Below are positions 31,832 through 42,525 of a stretch of 64,000 nt of DNA, in pieces. A model generated the notes under the pieces. The model ran no database searches. It was not told the origin of the DNA and saw only the letters and a list, made by a program, of their open reading frames with translations. The stretch comes from Prochlorococcus sp. AG-679-M23 (GTDB taxonomy: Bacteria; Cyanobacteriota; Cyanobacteriia; PCC-6307; Cyanobiaceae). Where the stretch lies: positions 74,872 to 138,871 of the forward strand of contig QCUR01000006.1 of assembly GCA_003208875.1 (NCBI GenBank), written 5' to 3'. Position 1 is the first letter of the stretch. The number at the start of each line of letters is the position of its first letter. The translations under genes were made by a program, and so were the position numbers.

Positions 31832-32869
31832 TTAATCTTCGGCCCAAATATATTTAGTTAATTCGCTAGAAGGCGGTTCTGGAGAATCTAGAGCATTTTT
31901 AACAGATTCAGAGATTTCTAAATCTATTTTCTTCTCTATAGTTTTTAACTCCTCTTCATTAGCAAAATTCCCTTCTATCATCTGATTAGCTAATTTCTTA
32001 ATGGGATCTCTTTTGGCCCAGAATTCTTTTTCTTCTTCAGCTCTTAATTCATCAGGATCAGCTAAAGAATGACCTCTGAATCTGTAAGTTAAACATTCTA
32101 GCAAAGTAGGACCCTCTCCAGCTCTTGCTCTTTCGACAGCTCTTTGAGCAGCTCCCCTCACAGCTAATACATCCATCCCATCAACTTCTTCACCATGCAT
32201 ACCGAAAGCCGATGCTTTTCTCCATATTTCTGGGTTGCTTGTAGCTCTGTCATGGGCCATGCCAATAGCCCATTTATTATTTTCAACTACAAAAATTATT
32301 GGTAACTTCCATAATTGGGCCATATTCAAACATTCAAAGAATTGTCCATTATTACAAGTCCCATCTCCAAAGAAAGCAGCTGTTACAGAGTCACTTTGAT
32401 TGTCACCTGCAACTTCTTTTTTGTACTTACTTGAAAAAGCTGATCCCAAAGCAACTGGAATACCTTCTCCAATGAAAGCATATCCTCCTAATAGATGATG
32501 CTCTTTTGAGAACAAATGCATAGAACCACCTCTGCCTTTACTGCACCCTGTTGCTTTACCGAATAATTCACTCATCACTTCAAAAGATGGAACACCCGCA
32601 CTAAGAGCATGGACATGATCGCGATAGGTACTACAAAACCAGTCATGCTTCCTTTTCATTGCACCTATCACACCAGTGCTGATTGCTTCTTGCCCGTTAT
32701 AAAGGTGTACAAACCCAAACATCTTGCCTCTGTAGTACATCTCTGCACATTTATCTTCAAATCTTCTACCAAGCGTCATATCTTCATAGAGAAATAATCC
32801 GGTTTCACGATCTAACTTCGCTTTTTTAAAGTCCTGAAGATTTGAAATTCTCTCTACGTGTGTTTCCAA
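31832..32869 (-). CDS. pdhA: Pyruvate dehydrogenase E1 alpha subunit
   Basis: [21 protein letters not shown]...NN and [10 protein letters not shown] motifs. Confidence 0.97.
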   Translation of the reverse strand: METHVERISNLQDFKKAKLDRETGLFLYEDMTLGRRFEDKCAEMYYRGKMFGFVHLYNGQEAISTGVIGAMKRKHDWFCSTYRDHVHALSAGVPSFEVMSELFGKATGCSKGRGGSMHLFSKEHHLLGGYAFIGEGIPVALGSAFSSKYKKEVAGDNQSDSVTAAFFGDGTCNNGQFFECLNMAQLWKLPIIFVVENNKWAIGMAHDRATSNPEIWRKASAFGMHGEEVDGMDVLAVRGAAQRAVERARAGEGPTLLECLTYRFRGHSLADPDELRAEEEKEFWAKRDPIKKLANQMIEGNFANEEELKTIEKKIDLEISESVKNALDSPEPPSSELTKYIWAED

Positions 32870-33018
32870 GAAAATACCTTAATGAAGTTTTGATTTGTTA
32901 ACATTCTAAGCTTCAATGGACGATTTTTATGTTTTTTTTTAATAACTCTCCAAGACCTTATGAAAAAAAAATATAAATTGATAAAATTCATCTAAAGGAT
33001 TTTCAATAGGATATTTGT

Positions 33019-35127
33019 TTGGAACTTCCATTAGACCACTTTCGTTTAATAGGTGTAAGCCCCTCAGCAACATCTGAGGAGATATTAAGAGCTTTCCAAT
33101 TGCGCTTGGATAAAACTCCTGATGAAGGATTCACATACGAGGTTTTAACTCAAAGATCTGAATTGCTTCGCCTTACTGCAGATTTGCTTACAGATCCAGA
33201 TAGTAGAAGAGATTACGAAAATTTATTACTAAATGGAGCATCAGGTTTAGATTTATCTTCCAATAGAGAGGTTGCAGGATTAATTCTCCTTTGGGAATCT
33301 GGCTCTTCTAAAGAAGCCTTTAAAATAACAAGAAAAGCATTGCAACCCCCTCAAACCCCTGCTTTGGGAAGCAGCAGAGAAGCTGATCTTACCTTGTTAG
33401 CTGCTTTGACATCTAGAGATGCTGCGATACAAGAGCAAGATCAAAGATCTTACTCAAATGCTGCAGATTTTTTACAAGAAGGTATACAGCTTCTTCAAAG
33501 AATGGGCAAGCTAGCGGAATTTCGGAAAACTCTTGAGGAGGACTTAGTGTCGCTTCTTCCTTATAGAATTCTTGATTTGTTAAGTAGAGATTTAAATGAA
33601 TATGAGTCGCATAAAAAAGGTTTAAGTATGCTGGAAAATTTAATAATCAAAAGGGGTGGATTAGAAGGGAAAAACAAATCTGAATATAATGATTATCTAA
33701 ATCAGCAAGAATTTGAATCTTTTTTTCAACAAATAAAGCCATTCTTGACTGTTCAAGATCAGATAGATTTATTTTTAGAATTACAAAAAAGAGGTTCAAG
33801 CGAGGCGGGATTTTTAGCGTTTTTATCCTTAACAGCAATTGGTTTTGTAAGAAGAAAACCTGCAAAACTGTTCGAGGCTCGAAAAATATTAAAAAAACTA
33901 AATATATCAGGACTTGACTCAATGCCATTAATAGGTTGCCTAGATTTGCTTTTGGCAGATGTTGAGCAATCATCAGCAAGGTTTTTAAGTAGTTCCGATG
34001 AGAAGTTAAGAGATTGGTTAAATAATTATCCTGGAGAAAAATTAGAAGCAATATGTATTTTTTGTAAAAACTGGTTAGAAAATGATGTTTTGATTGGTTA
34101 TAGGGATATTGACTTAAAAGAAGTCGATTTAGATTCTTGGTTTGATGATAGAGAAATCCAAGAATTTATTGAACAAATAGAAAAGAAGTCAAATAGAACT
34201 GTATTTAAGTCTGGGCCTCAAAATCAATCGAATTTTGAGGTTCAAGAATCTCCAAAAGATTTAAGTAAGGATCCTGATTTCAATTCAGATAATTTTGAAG
34301 AAGGCCGATTACCTTTGCCTGGAGGAGTAAAAGAAGATAATCAAGAAGTTATTGAAGAAAATATTTATACAGATGAGATTATTAAAAATAAATCAATAGA
34401 ATTTTATAAGTACGCAATAGAAAAGATTGCCGAATTAAAATTTGTATTTGGAGAAGCGTTAGACAATTATAAAATATTTAATAAAACTCCCTACCTATCA
34501 TATCTTTATGTGTTTTTGATTTTATTTGCTTTTGGTATAGGTGTGGGACTTTTAAGAAATAATTTAAAAAAACCTGCACAGGAAAAAGAAATAATTGATA
34601 GCTCATTATCGATAAATGAAAATAAGAATGTCTTTAATGGAGTCTTAAACCAAGACGATAAAAAAAAAGTTCTCGATAAATCAAAAATTATTCTCCCAGA
34701 AAATATAGAAAAAACTTCTTTTTCAGGAGGAGAAATAACAACTGCTTCTCCCTCCTTAGAACAAATTGAAAATTTAATTAATACATGGCTTGTAAATAAA
34801 AGTAAATATCTAGCAGGAACAAGTGAATTTAATTTATCAGAGATAGTTCAAAATGATTTGATTAATAGATTAACGAAGGAAAGACAAATTGATATTCAAA
34901 AAGGTATCTACAAAAATATAAATACTAATATTGAAAACATTGTACTTTTAACTCAAACTGCATCCAGAATATCAGTATCAGTTGACTTGAAATATACAGA
35001 AAAAATTTTAAAAACAAATGGAGAATTGATAAATGAAACAACTTTTACTCCTTTTTTGAAAGTTAAATATATTTTAGGTTTCTCAAATAACTCCTGGAAA
35101 TTAGTTGACTATATAAGTGGTGTTTAG
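33019..35127 (+). CDS. ftn2: Cell division protein Ftn2/ZipN (ARC6 homolog)
   Basis: MELPLDHFRLIGV J-like N-terminus, one TM, C-terminal ARC6-type periplasmic domain. Confidence 0.88.
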   Translation: MELPLDHFRLIGVSPSATSEEILRAFQLRLDKTPDEGFTYEVLTQRSELLRLTADLLTDPDSRRDYENLLLNGASGLDLSSNREVAGLILLWESGSSKEAFKITRKALQPPQTPALGSSREADLTLLAALTSRDAAIQEQDQRSYSNAADFLQEGIQLLQRMGKLAEFRKTLEEDLVSLLPYRILDLLSRDLNEYESHKKGLSMLENLIIKRGGLEGKNKSEYNDYLNQQEFESFFQQIKPFLTVQDQIDLFLELQKRGSSEAGFLAFLSLTAIGFVRRKPAKLFEARKILKKLNISGLDSMPLIGCLDLLLADVEQSSARFLSSSDEKLRDWLNNYPGEKLEAICIFCKNWLENDVLIGYRDIDLKEVDLDSWFDDREIQEFIEQIEKKSNRTVFKSGPQNQSNFEVQESPKDLSKDPDFNSDNFEEGRLPLPGGVKEDNQEVIEENIYTDEIIKNKSIEFYKYAIEKIAELKFVFGEALDNYKIFNKTPYLSYLYVFLILFAFGIGVGLLRNNLKKPAQEKEIIDSSLSINENKNVFNGVLNQDDKKKVLDKSKIILPENIEKTSFSGGEITTASPSLEQIENLINTWLVNKSKYLAGTSEFNLSEIVQNDLINRLTKERQIDIQKGIYKNINTNIENIVLLTQTASRISVSVDLKYTEKILKTNGELINETTFTPFLKVKYILGFSNNSWKLVDYISGV

Positions 35128-35176
35128 GATTAGCTATTACTATCATCTATAATATTTAAATAAATAATTATAAATA

Positions 35177-36781
35177 ATGTTTGATGAACTCTCTTCACGC
35201 TTTGAAGACGCCGTTAAGGGCTTAAGAGGTGAAGCCAAAATTAGCGAAAATAATATTGATGATTCTTTAAAGCAAGTTAAAAAAGCATTGTTAGATGCTG
35301 ATGTTAGTTTATCGGTGGTTAAAGAATTTGTTTCAGAGGTAAAAGATAAAGCTATTGGAGAAGAAGTCGTAAGAGGTGTTAATCCCGGACAGAAATTTAT
35401 AGAAGTAGTTAATAAAGAATTAATAAATATTATGGGAAATGAAAATTCCCCATTAAACGAAAAAGAGACCCCACCTACTGTTATTTTGATGGCAGGTTTA
35501 CAAGGTGCAGGAAAAACAACAGCAACAGGTAAGTTAGGCCTTTATTTGAAGGAAAAAGACAAAAAGGTTTTATTAGTGGCAGCTGATATTTATAGACCTG
35601 CAGCTGTTGAACAACTTAAGACAATTGGAAATCAGTATGATTTAGAAGTTTTCTCAGCGAAAGAAAAAGGTTGTAAGCCTGAAGAAATAGCAAAAGATGC
35701 TTTAATTTATGCTAACGCAAATAATGTAGATACCTTAATTGTTGATACTGCTGGAAGATTGCAAATAGATGAATCAATGATGGGCGAAATGGTTCGAATA
35801 AAAGAGGTTACAAAGCCTGATGAAGTTTTACTGGTTGTAGATTCTATGATTGGTCAAGAAGCAGCTGATTTGACAAAGTCATTTCATGAAAAAGTTGGCA
35901 TAACAGGAGCAATATTAACAAAGCTGGATGGCGACTCAAGAGGTGGAGCTGCTCTTTCAATAAGAAAAATAAGTGGAAAACCAATAAAATTTATTGGTAC
36001 TGGTGAAAAAATAGAAGCATTACAGCCATTCCATCCAGAGAGAATGGCAAGCAGAATTCTGGGTATGGGAGACGTCTTAACACTTGTTGAAAAGGCACAA
36101 AAAGAGGTTGAGTTAGCTGATGCAGAAGTAATGCAAAAGAAACTTCAAGAGGCAACTTTTGATTTTAATGATTTTGTTAAGCAAATGAGATTAATGAAGA
36201 GAATGGGATCTCTTGGAGGATTAATTAAATTAATACCGGGGATGAATAAAATCGATGATGGAATGATAAAAAATGGGGAAGAACAACTAAAAAAAATTGA
36301 ATCAATGATCTCTTCCATGACTTTAGAAGAGAAGCAAAAGCCAGAGGTACTTGCTGCTCAACCATCTAGAAGGCAAAGGATTGCACAAGGCAGTGGATAT
36401 CAGGCTAAAGATGTAGATAAAGTACTTGCTGATTTTCAAAGAATGAGAGGTTTTATGAAACAAATGTCAAATGGCGGAATGCCAGGAATGGGCGGAATGC
36501 CAGGAATGGGCGGAATGCCAGGAATGGGCGGAATGCCAGGAATGGGCGGAATGCCAGGAATGGGCGGAATGCCAGGAATGGGCGGAATGCCAGGAATGGG
36601 CGGAATGCCAGGAATGGGCGGAATGCCAGGAATGGGCGGAATGCCAGGAATTGGCGGAATGCCAGGAATGGGCGGAATGCCAGGAATGGGCGGAATGCCA
36701 GGAATGGGTGGAGGGAATAGTAATAAATCATTTAAAAAACAAAAATCAAATAAAAAGAAAAAAGGATTTGGGGATTTATAG
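35177..36781 (+). CDS. ffh: Signal recognition particle protein Ffh
   Basis: GLQGAGKTT, DTAGR, TKLDGDSRGG and RILGMGD motifs; M domain. Confidence 0.98.
   Translation: MFDELSSRFEDAVKGLRGEAKISENNIDDSLKQVKKALLDADVSLSVVKEFVSEVKDKAIGEEVVRGVNPGQKFIEVVNKELINIMGNENSPLNEKETPPTVILMAGLQGAGKTTATGKLGLYLKEKDKKVLLVAADIYRPAAVEQLKTIGNQYDLEVFSAKEKGCKPEEIAKDALIYANANNVDTLIVDTAGRLQIDESMMGEMVRIKEVTKPDEVLLVVDSMIGQEAADLTKSFHEKVGITGAILTKLDGDSRGGAALSIRKISGKPIKFIGTGEKIEALQPFHPERMASRILGMGDVLTLVEKAQKEVELADAEVMQKKLQEATFDFNDFVKQMRLMKRMGSLGGLIKLIPGMNKIDDGMIKNGEEQLKKIESMISSMTLEEKQKPEVLAAQPSRRQRIAQGSGYQAKDVDKVLADFQRMRGFMKQMSNGGMPGMGGMPGMGGMPGMGGMPGMGGMPGMGGMPGMGGMPGMGGMPGMGGMPGMGGMPGIGGMPGMGGMPGMGGMPGMGGGNSNKSFKKQKSNKKKKGFGDL
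36473..36706 (+). repeat. In-frame tandem repeat 13 x GGCGGAATGCCAGGAATG (GGMPGM)
   Basis: 234 nt = 13 x 18; 12 identical units, and unit 10 ends ATT instead of ATG. Confidence 0.97.
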
Positions 36782-36835
36782 TTTATAAATAGCTACCTTC
36801 AAATGATATTATTAATGAATCTGTACTAATTTAAA

Positions 36836-37180
36836 ATGATTAAATTGCGCCTTAAGCGCTTTGGAAAGAAAAAAGAAGCAAGTTTCAGGATCGTTGCATG
36901 CAATAGTACTTCCAGAAGAGATGGTAGACCTCTTCAAGAATTAGGTTTTTACAATCCAAGAACTAAAGAAACTAGGCTTGACACAGAAGCATTAAGAATC
37001 AGACTGACTCAGGGAGCACAACCTACTGATGTTGTAAGAACTTTATTAGAAAAAGGTGGATTATTAGAAAAGAAAGTTAGACCTTCTATTGCTATTGGTA
37101 AGGCTAAATTGGAGAAAGAAAAGATTGAAAAGGCCAAGAGCAAAGAAACTGAAAACGATAGTAAAGAAGCTGAAAGCTAA
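36836..37180 (+). CDS. rpsP: 30S ribosomal protein S16
   Basis: [12 protein letters not shown]...RDGR...LGFYNP...GAQPT. Confidence 0.98.
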   Translation: MIKLRLKRFGKKKEASFRIVACNSTSRRDGRPLQELGFYNPRTKETRLDTEALRIRLTQGAQPTDVVRTLLEKGGLLEKKVRPSIAIGKAKLEKEKIEKAKSKETENDSKEAES

Positions 37181-37214
37181 AAAATTGTTGAATTCATTTT
37201 TACATATTAACTAA

Positions 37215-38171
37215 ATGAAAGAAGTTTCCAAAACTGGTCACTTCACAATAGATTTGCCAAGTTCAGATGCTGCTACAGCATTATCTGGTCCTGGAAATTC
37301 TTTTTTAAAAAAATTTGAATCCCTTACTGGTGTCTCCTTAACTATTAGGGGCCTACAACTTGAAATGAATGGAGTAATCCCTAATCTTGAAAGGGCATCT
37401 GCATTGGTAGAGCTAACAAGACCAATTTGGGAACAAGGATTAGAAGTCCCAGAAGTGGATCTTAAGGCTGCTCTAAGTTCATTAAATATGGGAGAATCTT
37501 CTTCTCATGCTGAGCTTGGAAAAAAGATTCTAGCCCGTTCAAAAGAAGGGAGATATTTAAGGCCTAGAACTATAAGACAAAAAGAATATGTTGAATCAAT
37601 TGAGAACTTTGATTTAACTTTCGCTATTGGTCCAGCAGGTACGGGTAAAACATTTTTAGCGACGGTTTGTGCAGCCAGATTATTAAATGAGAAAAAAATC
37701 GAAAAAATTGTTTTAACAAGACCAGCTGTAGAAGCTGGTGAAAATTTAGGATTTCTGCCTGGAGATTTGCAGCAAAAAGTTGATCCATACTTACGCCCTT
37801 TGTTTGATTCTCTACATAGCATTTTTGGAACCGACAAAACAAATTCATTAATTGATAAAGGCATTATTGAAGTCGCACCACTGGCATTTATGAGAGGAAG
37901 AACATTAGATAATTCTTTGGTTATTTTAGATGAAGCTCAAAATACTACCACTTCTCAAATGAGAATGTTTTTAACTAGATTAGGGGAGAGATCAAAGATG
38001 GTCGTTAATGGTGATATTACCCAAATTGATTTAAAAAATGAGCAGTTAAGTGGTTTGGTGGAAGCATCTAAAATTTTTTCTAATACCGAAGGAATAAAGT
38101 TTTGTTATTTAACTGTGGAAGATGTGGTTCGACACCCTTTAGTTCAGAAAATTATTGAGGCTTACAAATAA
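37215..38171 (+). CDS. phoH: PhoH-family ATPase
   Basis: GPAGTGKT, RPAVEAGE.LGFLPG, MRGRT, DEAQN and VVRHPLV motifs. Confidence 0.95.
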   Translation: MKEVSKTGHFTIDLPSSDAATALSGPGNSFLKKFESLTGVSLTIRGLQLEMNGVIPNLERASALVELTRPIWEQGLEVPEVDLKAALSSLNMGESSSHAELGKKILARSKEGRYLRPRTIRQKEYVESIENFDLTFAIGPAGTGKTFLATVCAARLLNEKKIEKIVLTRPAVEAGENLGFLPGDLQQKVDPYLRPLFDSLHSIFGTDKTNSLIDKGIIEVAPLAFMRGRTLDNSLVILDEAQNTTTSQMRMFLTRLGERSKMVVNGDITQIDLKNEQLSGLVEASKIFSNTEGIKFCYLTVEDVVRHPLVQKIIEAYK

Positions 38172-38178
38172 AATATTA

Positions 38179-38221
38179 TTTGGGTGAACCGTACACTGAA
38201 ATATAAAAAATTAGGTAGAAT
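38179..38221 (+). promoter_or_regulatory. K-box-like site (minus-strand GTACGGTTCACCCAAA) with a downstream -10-like TAGAAT
   Basis: Motif at 38179-38194 and TAGAAT at 38216-38221; resembles the motif upstream of ftsH. Confidence 0.4.
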
Positions 38222-38244
38222 ATGTTTAATTAAAGGGTGTAAAA

Positions 38245-38982
38245 ATGCCAGCAAGCAGTAATTTTAATCAAGCTATTCGCGATGCTCAAACTAGTTCAAT
38301 CGTTGGACCAAATGTAGTTCAGAAAGCTCTCCCTTACGTAGGTGGAGGGATGGTTTTAACTTCTTTAGGTGTATTAGCAGGTGTCTCACTAATAGCTACA
38401 AACCCTTCACTTTTTCAGCCTCTTTCTATAGTTGCTTTAATAGCTGAATTGGTTTTATTTTTCGTAGCAACAAGTGCTGCTAATAATGCTAATAATGCAA
38501 AAGCGCTTCCTTTATTAACTGGATTTAGTTTATTAACAGGGTTTACGTTAAGTGGAATAGTAGCTTTGGCAATTGGAACAATTGGCATAGGATCTGTTGG
38601 AACAGCGGCACTGGCCACAGGTATTACTTTCGTAATAGCTTCTTATACGGGCCAAAGAATGAGTGATAGTGTTGGACAAGCCCTTAGCGGAGTAGTTGGA
38701 CTTGGCTTAATTGGTTTGTTGATAGCAATGTTTGTTCAACTAATCGGCGGATTCTTTGCTCCAGGAGTTTTTGGAAGTTCAGGTCTTGAACTAATGATTG
38801 CAGGATTTGGAACAGTTTTATTCGTAGCAATGTCTTTCTTAGATTTTTATACAATGCCTAGAAGATATAATGATGAGCAATATCTAGCTGGAGCCTTAGG
38901 TATGTATTTAACCTACATTAATCTATTTGTATTTATTTTAAGATTGATGATTGCACTTCAAGGTGGTGGAAGAAGAAATTAA
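38245..38982 (+). CDS. Bax inhibitor-1/YccA-family membrane protein
   Basis: About seven TM helices; C-terminal ALGMYLTYINLFVFILRL. Confidence 0.9.
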   Translation: MPASSNFNQAIRDAQTSSIVGPNVVQKALPYVGGGMVLTSLGVLAGVSLIATNPSLFQPLSIVALIAELVLFFVATSAANNANNAKALPLLTGFSLLTGFTLSGIVALAIGTIGIGSVGTAALATGITFVIASYTGQRMSDSVGQALSGVVGLGLIGLLIAMFVQLIGGFFAPGVFGSSGLELMIAGFGTVLFVAMSFLDFYTMPRRYNDEQYLAGALGMYLTYINLFVFILRLMIALQGGGRRN

Positions 38983-39012
38983 AAAAATATTTTAACTTAA
39001 CTGATATACTTC

Positions 39013-39040
39013 AAAGCGTAGAACCATCTACGCTTTTTTT
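39013..39040. terminator. Intrinsic terminator between convergent genes
   Basis: AAAGCGTAGA-ACCA-TCTACGCTTT hairpin followed by a T-tract. Confidence 0.85.
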
Positions 39041-39566
39041 ATTGTGCAATATCGAGAATTTGTTGCTTTATAAATTCCTTTTGCTTATCATTATATTTTT
39101 TTGAATTATCGAAGCTATTTCCAAGATTGTCTAAATCATTCATAATTTGATTAATATTTTTTGTAACAGACTTCGTTTCCAAAACTCGCAAAATACTTTT
39201 ACATCTCTCTGATATATTTTCCGAATTAGATTTATATTCAAGATTATTGTCACTTTCATGAACAATTACTTGGGCAGAGCTCATAATTAGATTTTTAATT
39301 ACTATTTCGACGACGTCATTTCCAGCCTCTTGAAGTTTGAAAACAAATGAGAACGGAAGCTTATCTAATAAATAACAATTTTGATCTGACAATGCATATG
39401 CAAAAAAACCTCTCAAACCATTTTTTGTTTTAATTAGTTCTGCGACTCTATCTGCCAAAACTTCTTCACTTAGAAGATCTTCTCCCCATTCTTTACACCA
39501 TTGAGCAGATATATTTATTGCCTGAGTAAAAGAAGTTTCTTTTAAGTTTATAGCTTTTTTCATCAT
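39039..39566 (-). CDS. Conserved-looking hypothetical protein
   Basis: 175 aa ORF containing NGLRGFF; fills the gap and ends at the terminator. Confidence 0.8.
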   Translation of the reverse strand: MMKKAINLKETSFTQAINISAQWCKEWGEDLLSEEVLADRVAELIKTKNGLRGFFAYALSDQNCYLLDKLPFSFVFKLQEAGNDVVEIVIKNLIMSSAQVIVHESDNNLEYKSNSENISERCKSILRVLETKSVTKNINQIMNDLDNLGNSFDNSKKYNDKQKEFIKQQILDIAQ

Positions 39567-39605
39567 TTTTGATCAGAATTTTATTATGGATATTTTAAAA
39601 GACTT

Positions 39606-40517
39606 TTGACTAATTATAAATCTGGTTTTGTAACTTTACTCGGAAGGCCAAATGTAGGGAAATCTACTTTAATAAATAAGTTAATTGGAGAGAAAATAAC
39701 AATTACATCACCTGTGGCACAGACTACTAGAAATAAATTAAAAGGAATACTTACTACAAAATTTGGACAAATAATTTTTGTAGATACGCCTGGAGTTCAT
39801 AAACCTCATCACCTTCTAGGCGAAATACTTGTAAAAAATGCCAAATCAGCAATAAATGGCGTAGATATAGTTGTTTTAGTTCTCGATTCAAGTGTTGAAC
39901 CTGGGAGAGGAGATGAATACATAAAAGATTTTTTAGTTGCAAATAAAACTGAATTTATTGTTGTATTGAATAAATGGGATTTAGTGAATAAGGAATTCAA
40001 GAGTCTAAGATTAGATCAATATAGAAAAGTTTTTGGAACTAATAAAAAATTTCAAATTGTAAGTGCATCCAAAGGAGATGGGTGCTCTGAATTGATTGAT
40101 ATAATTTTAAGTTTCCTTCCAATAGGACCAATGCTTTACGAGGAAGATGCAATATGCGATCAACCCCTAGATAATTTATTAGCGGATTTAGTAAGAGAGC
40201 AAGTATTAATCAATACAAGGGAAGAGGTTCCCCATAGTGTTGCAGTAAACATAGAAAAAATTAAGGAAATTAAAAGAAATAAGGGTAAAGATTTTACAGC
40301 TATTTTGGCTACAATTATCGTTGAAAGAACGAGTCAAAAGGGAATCCTTATTGGTAAAAAAGGTTCGATGTTAAAGACTATTGGTCAGACTGCAAGATCA
40401 AATATGAAGAAGTTAATAAATGGTCCAGTTCACTTGGAGTTGTTTGTGAAAGTTGTTCCAAATTGGAGAAAAAAAGAATCAAAATTAATGGAGCTTGGTT
40501 ATGAGGTGGATTATTAA
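39606..40517 (+). CDS. era: GTPase Era
   Basis: GRPNVGKST, QTTR, DTPG, NKWD, EEVPH and KH-domain IGKKG motifs. Confidence 0.97.
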   Translation: MTNYKSGFVTLLGRPNVGKSTLINKLIGEKITITSPVAQTTRNKLKGILTTKFGQIIFVDTPGVHKPHHLLGEILVKNAKSAINGVDIVVLVLDSSVEPGRGDEYIKDFLVANKTEFIVVLNKWDLVNKEFKSLRLDQYRKVFGTNKKFQIVSASKGDGCSELIDIILSFLPIGPMLYEEDAICDQPLDNLLADLVREQVLINTREEVPHSVAVNIEKIKEIKRNKGKDFTAILATIIVERTSQKGILIGKKGSMLKTIGQTARSNMKKLINGPVHLELFVKVVPNWRKKESKLMELGYEVDY

Positions 40518-41300
40518 ATGACTCGTTTCAATTTTGAAGTAATTACTTTGTTTCCCAAAGCTTTTGAATTAATCAATAATTTAGGAGTAATAACAAGAGC
40601 TTTAGAGAAAAATCTGATTAATGTCAACTTGCATGATTTAAGAGAATACGGAGAAGGTAATTATAGGCAAGTAGATGATAAGCCTTACGGGGGAGGTTCA
40701 GGGATGGTTTTAAAACCAGAACCGATCTATAAGGCTCATGATTCAATAGACAAATTACCGAATAGTAAAACTCTTTTGATGACTCCACAAGGTAAAGTCC
40801 TGAAGCAGAAGGATCTTTTAAGATGGTCTTCTCTGGATCAATTGATAATTATCTGTGGGCAATACGAAGGTTTTGATGAAAGAGTTAGATGCCTGGCTGA
40901 TGAAGAGATTTCTATAGGTGATTATGTACTTTCAGGTGGCGAAATTCCCTCTATATCAATAATAAATGGCTTAACAAGATTATTACCAGGAACCTTAGGA
41001 GATCCAGGTTCGTTAAAAGATGAGAGTCATAATTCTTCTTTATTAGAATATCCTCATTACACTAGACCTCTGATTTTCAAAGAAATGAGGGTACCAGATA
41101 TTCTGGTTAGTGGTAATCATGCAGAGATTAAATTATGGCGCAAGCAAAAAATGTTAGAAAGGACCTTGGATAGAAGAAATGACTTGATTTCGAATGATGA
41201 CTACAGAAAATTACCAAAAAGTAAGAGAATAAATAGAGACTCAAATGAAATAATGAAATTTCGTATTGGTAATGAAAACGATATTTATCCGGATTGGTAG
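40518..41300 (+). CDS. trmD: tRNA (guanine37-N1)-methyltransferase with an IspF-like C-terminal remnant
   Basis: [30 protein letters not shown] and LVSGNH motifs; ends [11 protein letters not shown]. Confidence 0.96.
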   Translation: MTRFNFEVITLFPKAFELINNLGVITRALEKNLINVNLHDLREYGEGNYRQVDDKPYGGGSGMVLKPEPIYKAHDSIDKLPNSKTLLMTPQGKVLKQKDLLRWSSLDQLIIICGQYEGFDERVRCLADEEISIGDYVLSGGEIPSISIINGLTRLLPGTLGDPGSLKDESHNSSLLEYPHYTRPLIFKEMRVPDILVSGNHAEIKLWRKQKMLERTLDRRNDLISNDDYRKLPKSKRINRDSNEIMKFRIGNENDIYPDW

Positions 41301-41353
41301 TTATAAATTGTTTTTTGTATTAAAATTTAAGTTTTAAATAGTCTGCAAACTAA

Positions 41354-41618
41354 ATGATTTCAAACGAATTAGAAATTATAAATCACAATTACTTTTCAGA
41401 TAATTCTGTAATTTCAAATGCAGTTGATTTTTTATTAGCATCAACAGGTTTTTAACAAAGATGAGTTAAAGATTGAACTTGATGAAATTAAAAGTGCAAA
41501 AGCATAGAGTCTTGTTAGCAAGAAACTAGATAATCCTTTTTGGTTTTATATAAAAGATTTATTTAATCAGAAATTGATGATTTTTTATCTACCAAAGAAC
41601 AATAAATTGTTGTACTAA
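41354..41618 (+). pseudogene. Possible degraded ORF
   Basis: MISNELEI...STGF* joins NKDELKIELDEIKSAKA*SLVSKKLDNPFWFYIKDLF... if one T is removed at 41449-41453 and one TAG is read through; no homolog recognised. Confidence 0.3.
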
Positions 41619-41809
41619 TGGCTATTTGAACATTAGTAATTTTAAAATAAAAGTTACACAATTAAAGGGTAAAGTTTTTTTAAAAAAGATACATTTTTCA
41701 ATAATGAATGAAAACTGAACATCAAATATTTGATTTTATTTGTGGTAAAATTGAAAACTGGATTTTGATATAATTATTTTATTAGATTTTGATACTGACT
41801 CTATAAGAA

Positions 41810-42508
41810 ATGAAGTTAAAGTTAAGTTCTATAATTTTTAAAATTAAAACTATTTTTAAGGTACTTTTACGACCTAATGGTAGGACAGATTTTTTAAGTA
41901 AGATTCCTTATGACTCATATATATTAGATGTTGGTTGCGGTAATAACTCGCCATTTTATGTGAAATCTCTATTGCCAAATTCTTATTATGTAGGTGTTGA
42001 TGTTTGTGATTATAATATTGGATCGGATTCAAAAAATGTTTCAAATGAATACATATTGTCAGATCCTAATGATTTTGTTGAGACTTTACAAAATATAGAT
42101 AAAAAGTTTGACGCAGTTATTTCTTGTCACAATTTAGAACATTGTAATGATAGGTCAGGTACGCTCAATCAAATGATTGAAAAATTAAATGATAATGGGA
42201 AAATTTACTTGTCTTTCCCATCAAAAGAATCAATGAATTTCCCAAAAAGAGAAGGGACCTTAAATTATCATGATGACCCAACCCATTTGGATTTGCCTCC
42301 AGATTTTGAACTAATTATTGAAATGTTTAAAGATAAAGGATTAATGATTATTTATTCTCAAAGAAATTACAAACCTTTAATTCTTAATTTTATAGGTTTC
42401 TTTACAAATTTAATTTCTTTTTTTACGAAAAAAGTACATATAGGGTTATGGGAAAGGTGGGGATTTGAATCAATCATAATTGCAGAAAAATATCATGCTA
42501 AAGACTAA
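41810..42508 (+). CDS. Class I SAM-dependent methyltransferase
   Basis: ILDVGCG (motif I), [19 protein letters not shown] and DDPTH. Confidence 0.88.
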   Translation: MKLKLSSIIFKIKTIFKVLLRPNGRTDFLSKIPYDSYILDVGCGNNSPFYVKSLLPNSYYVGVDVCDYNIGSDSKNVSNEYILSDPNDFVETLQNIDKKFDAVISCHNLEHCNDRSGTLNQMIEKLNDNGKIYLSFPSKESMNFPKREGTLNYHDDPTHLDLPPDFELIIEMFKDKGLMIIYSQRNYKPLILNFIGFFTNLISFFTKKVHIGLWERWGFESIIIAEKYHAKD

Positions 42509-42525
42509 AGTTTAAGGTAACTATT

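Noticed and set aside
36453..36788. Repetitive ORFs (WAECQE)n and (PFLAFR)n, and a possible CRISPR array
   Set aside because: They are alternative frames of the ffh 18-nt tandem repeat; there are no spacers or cas genes.
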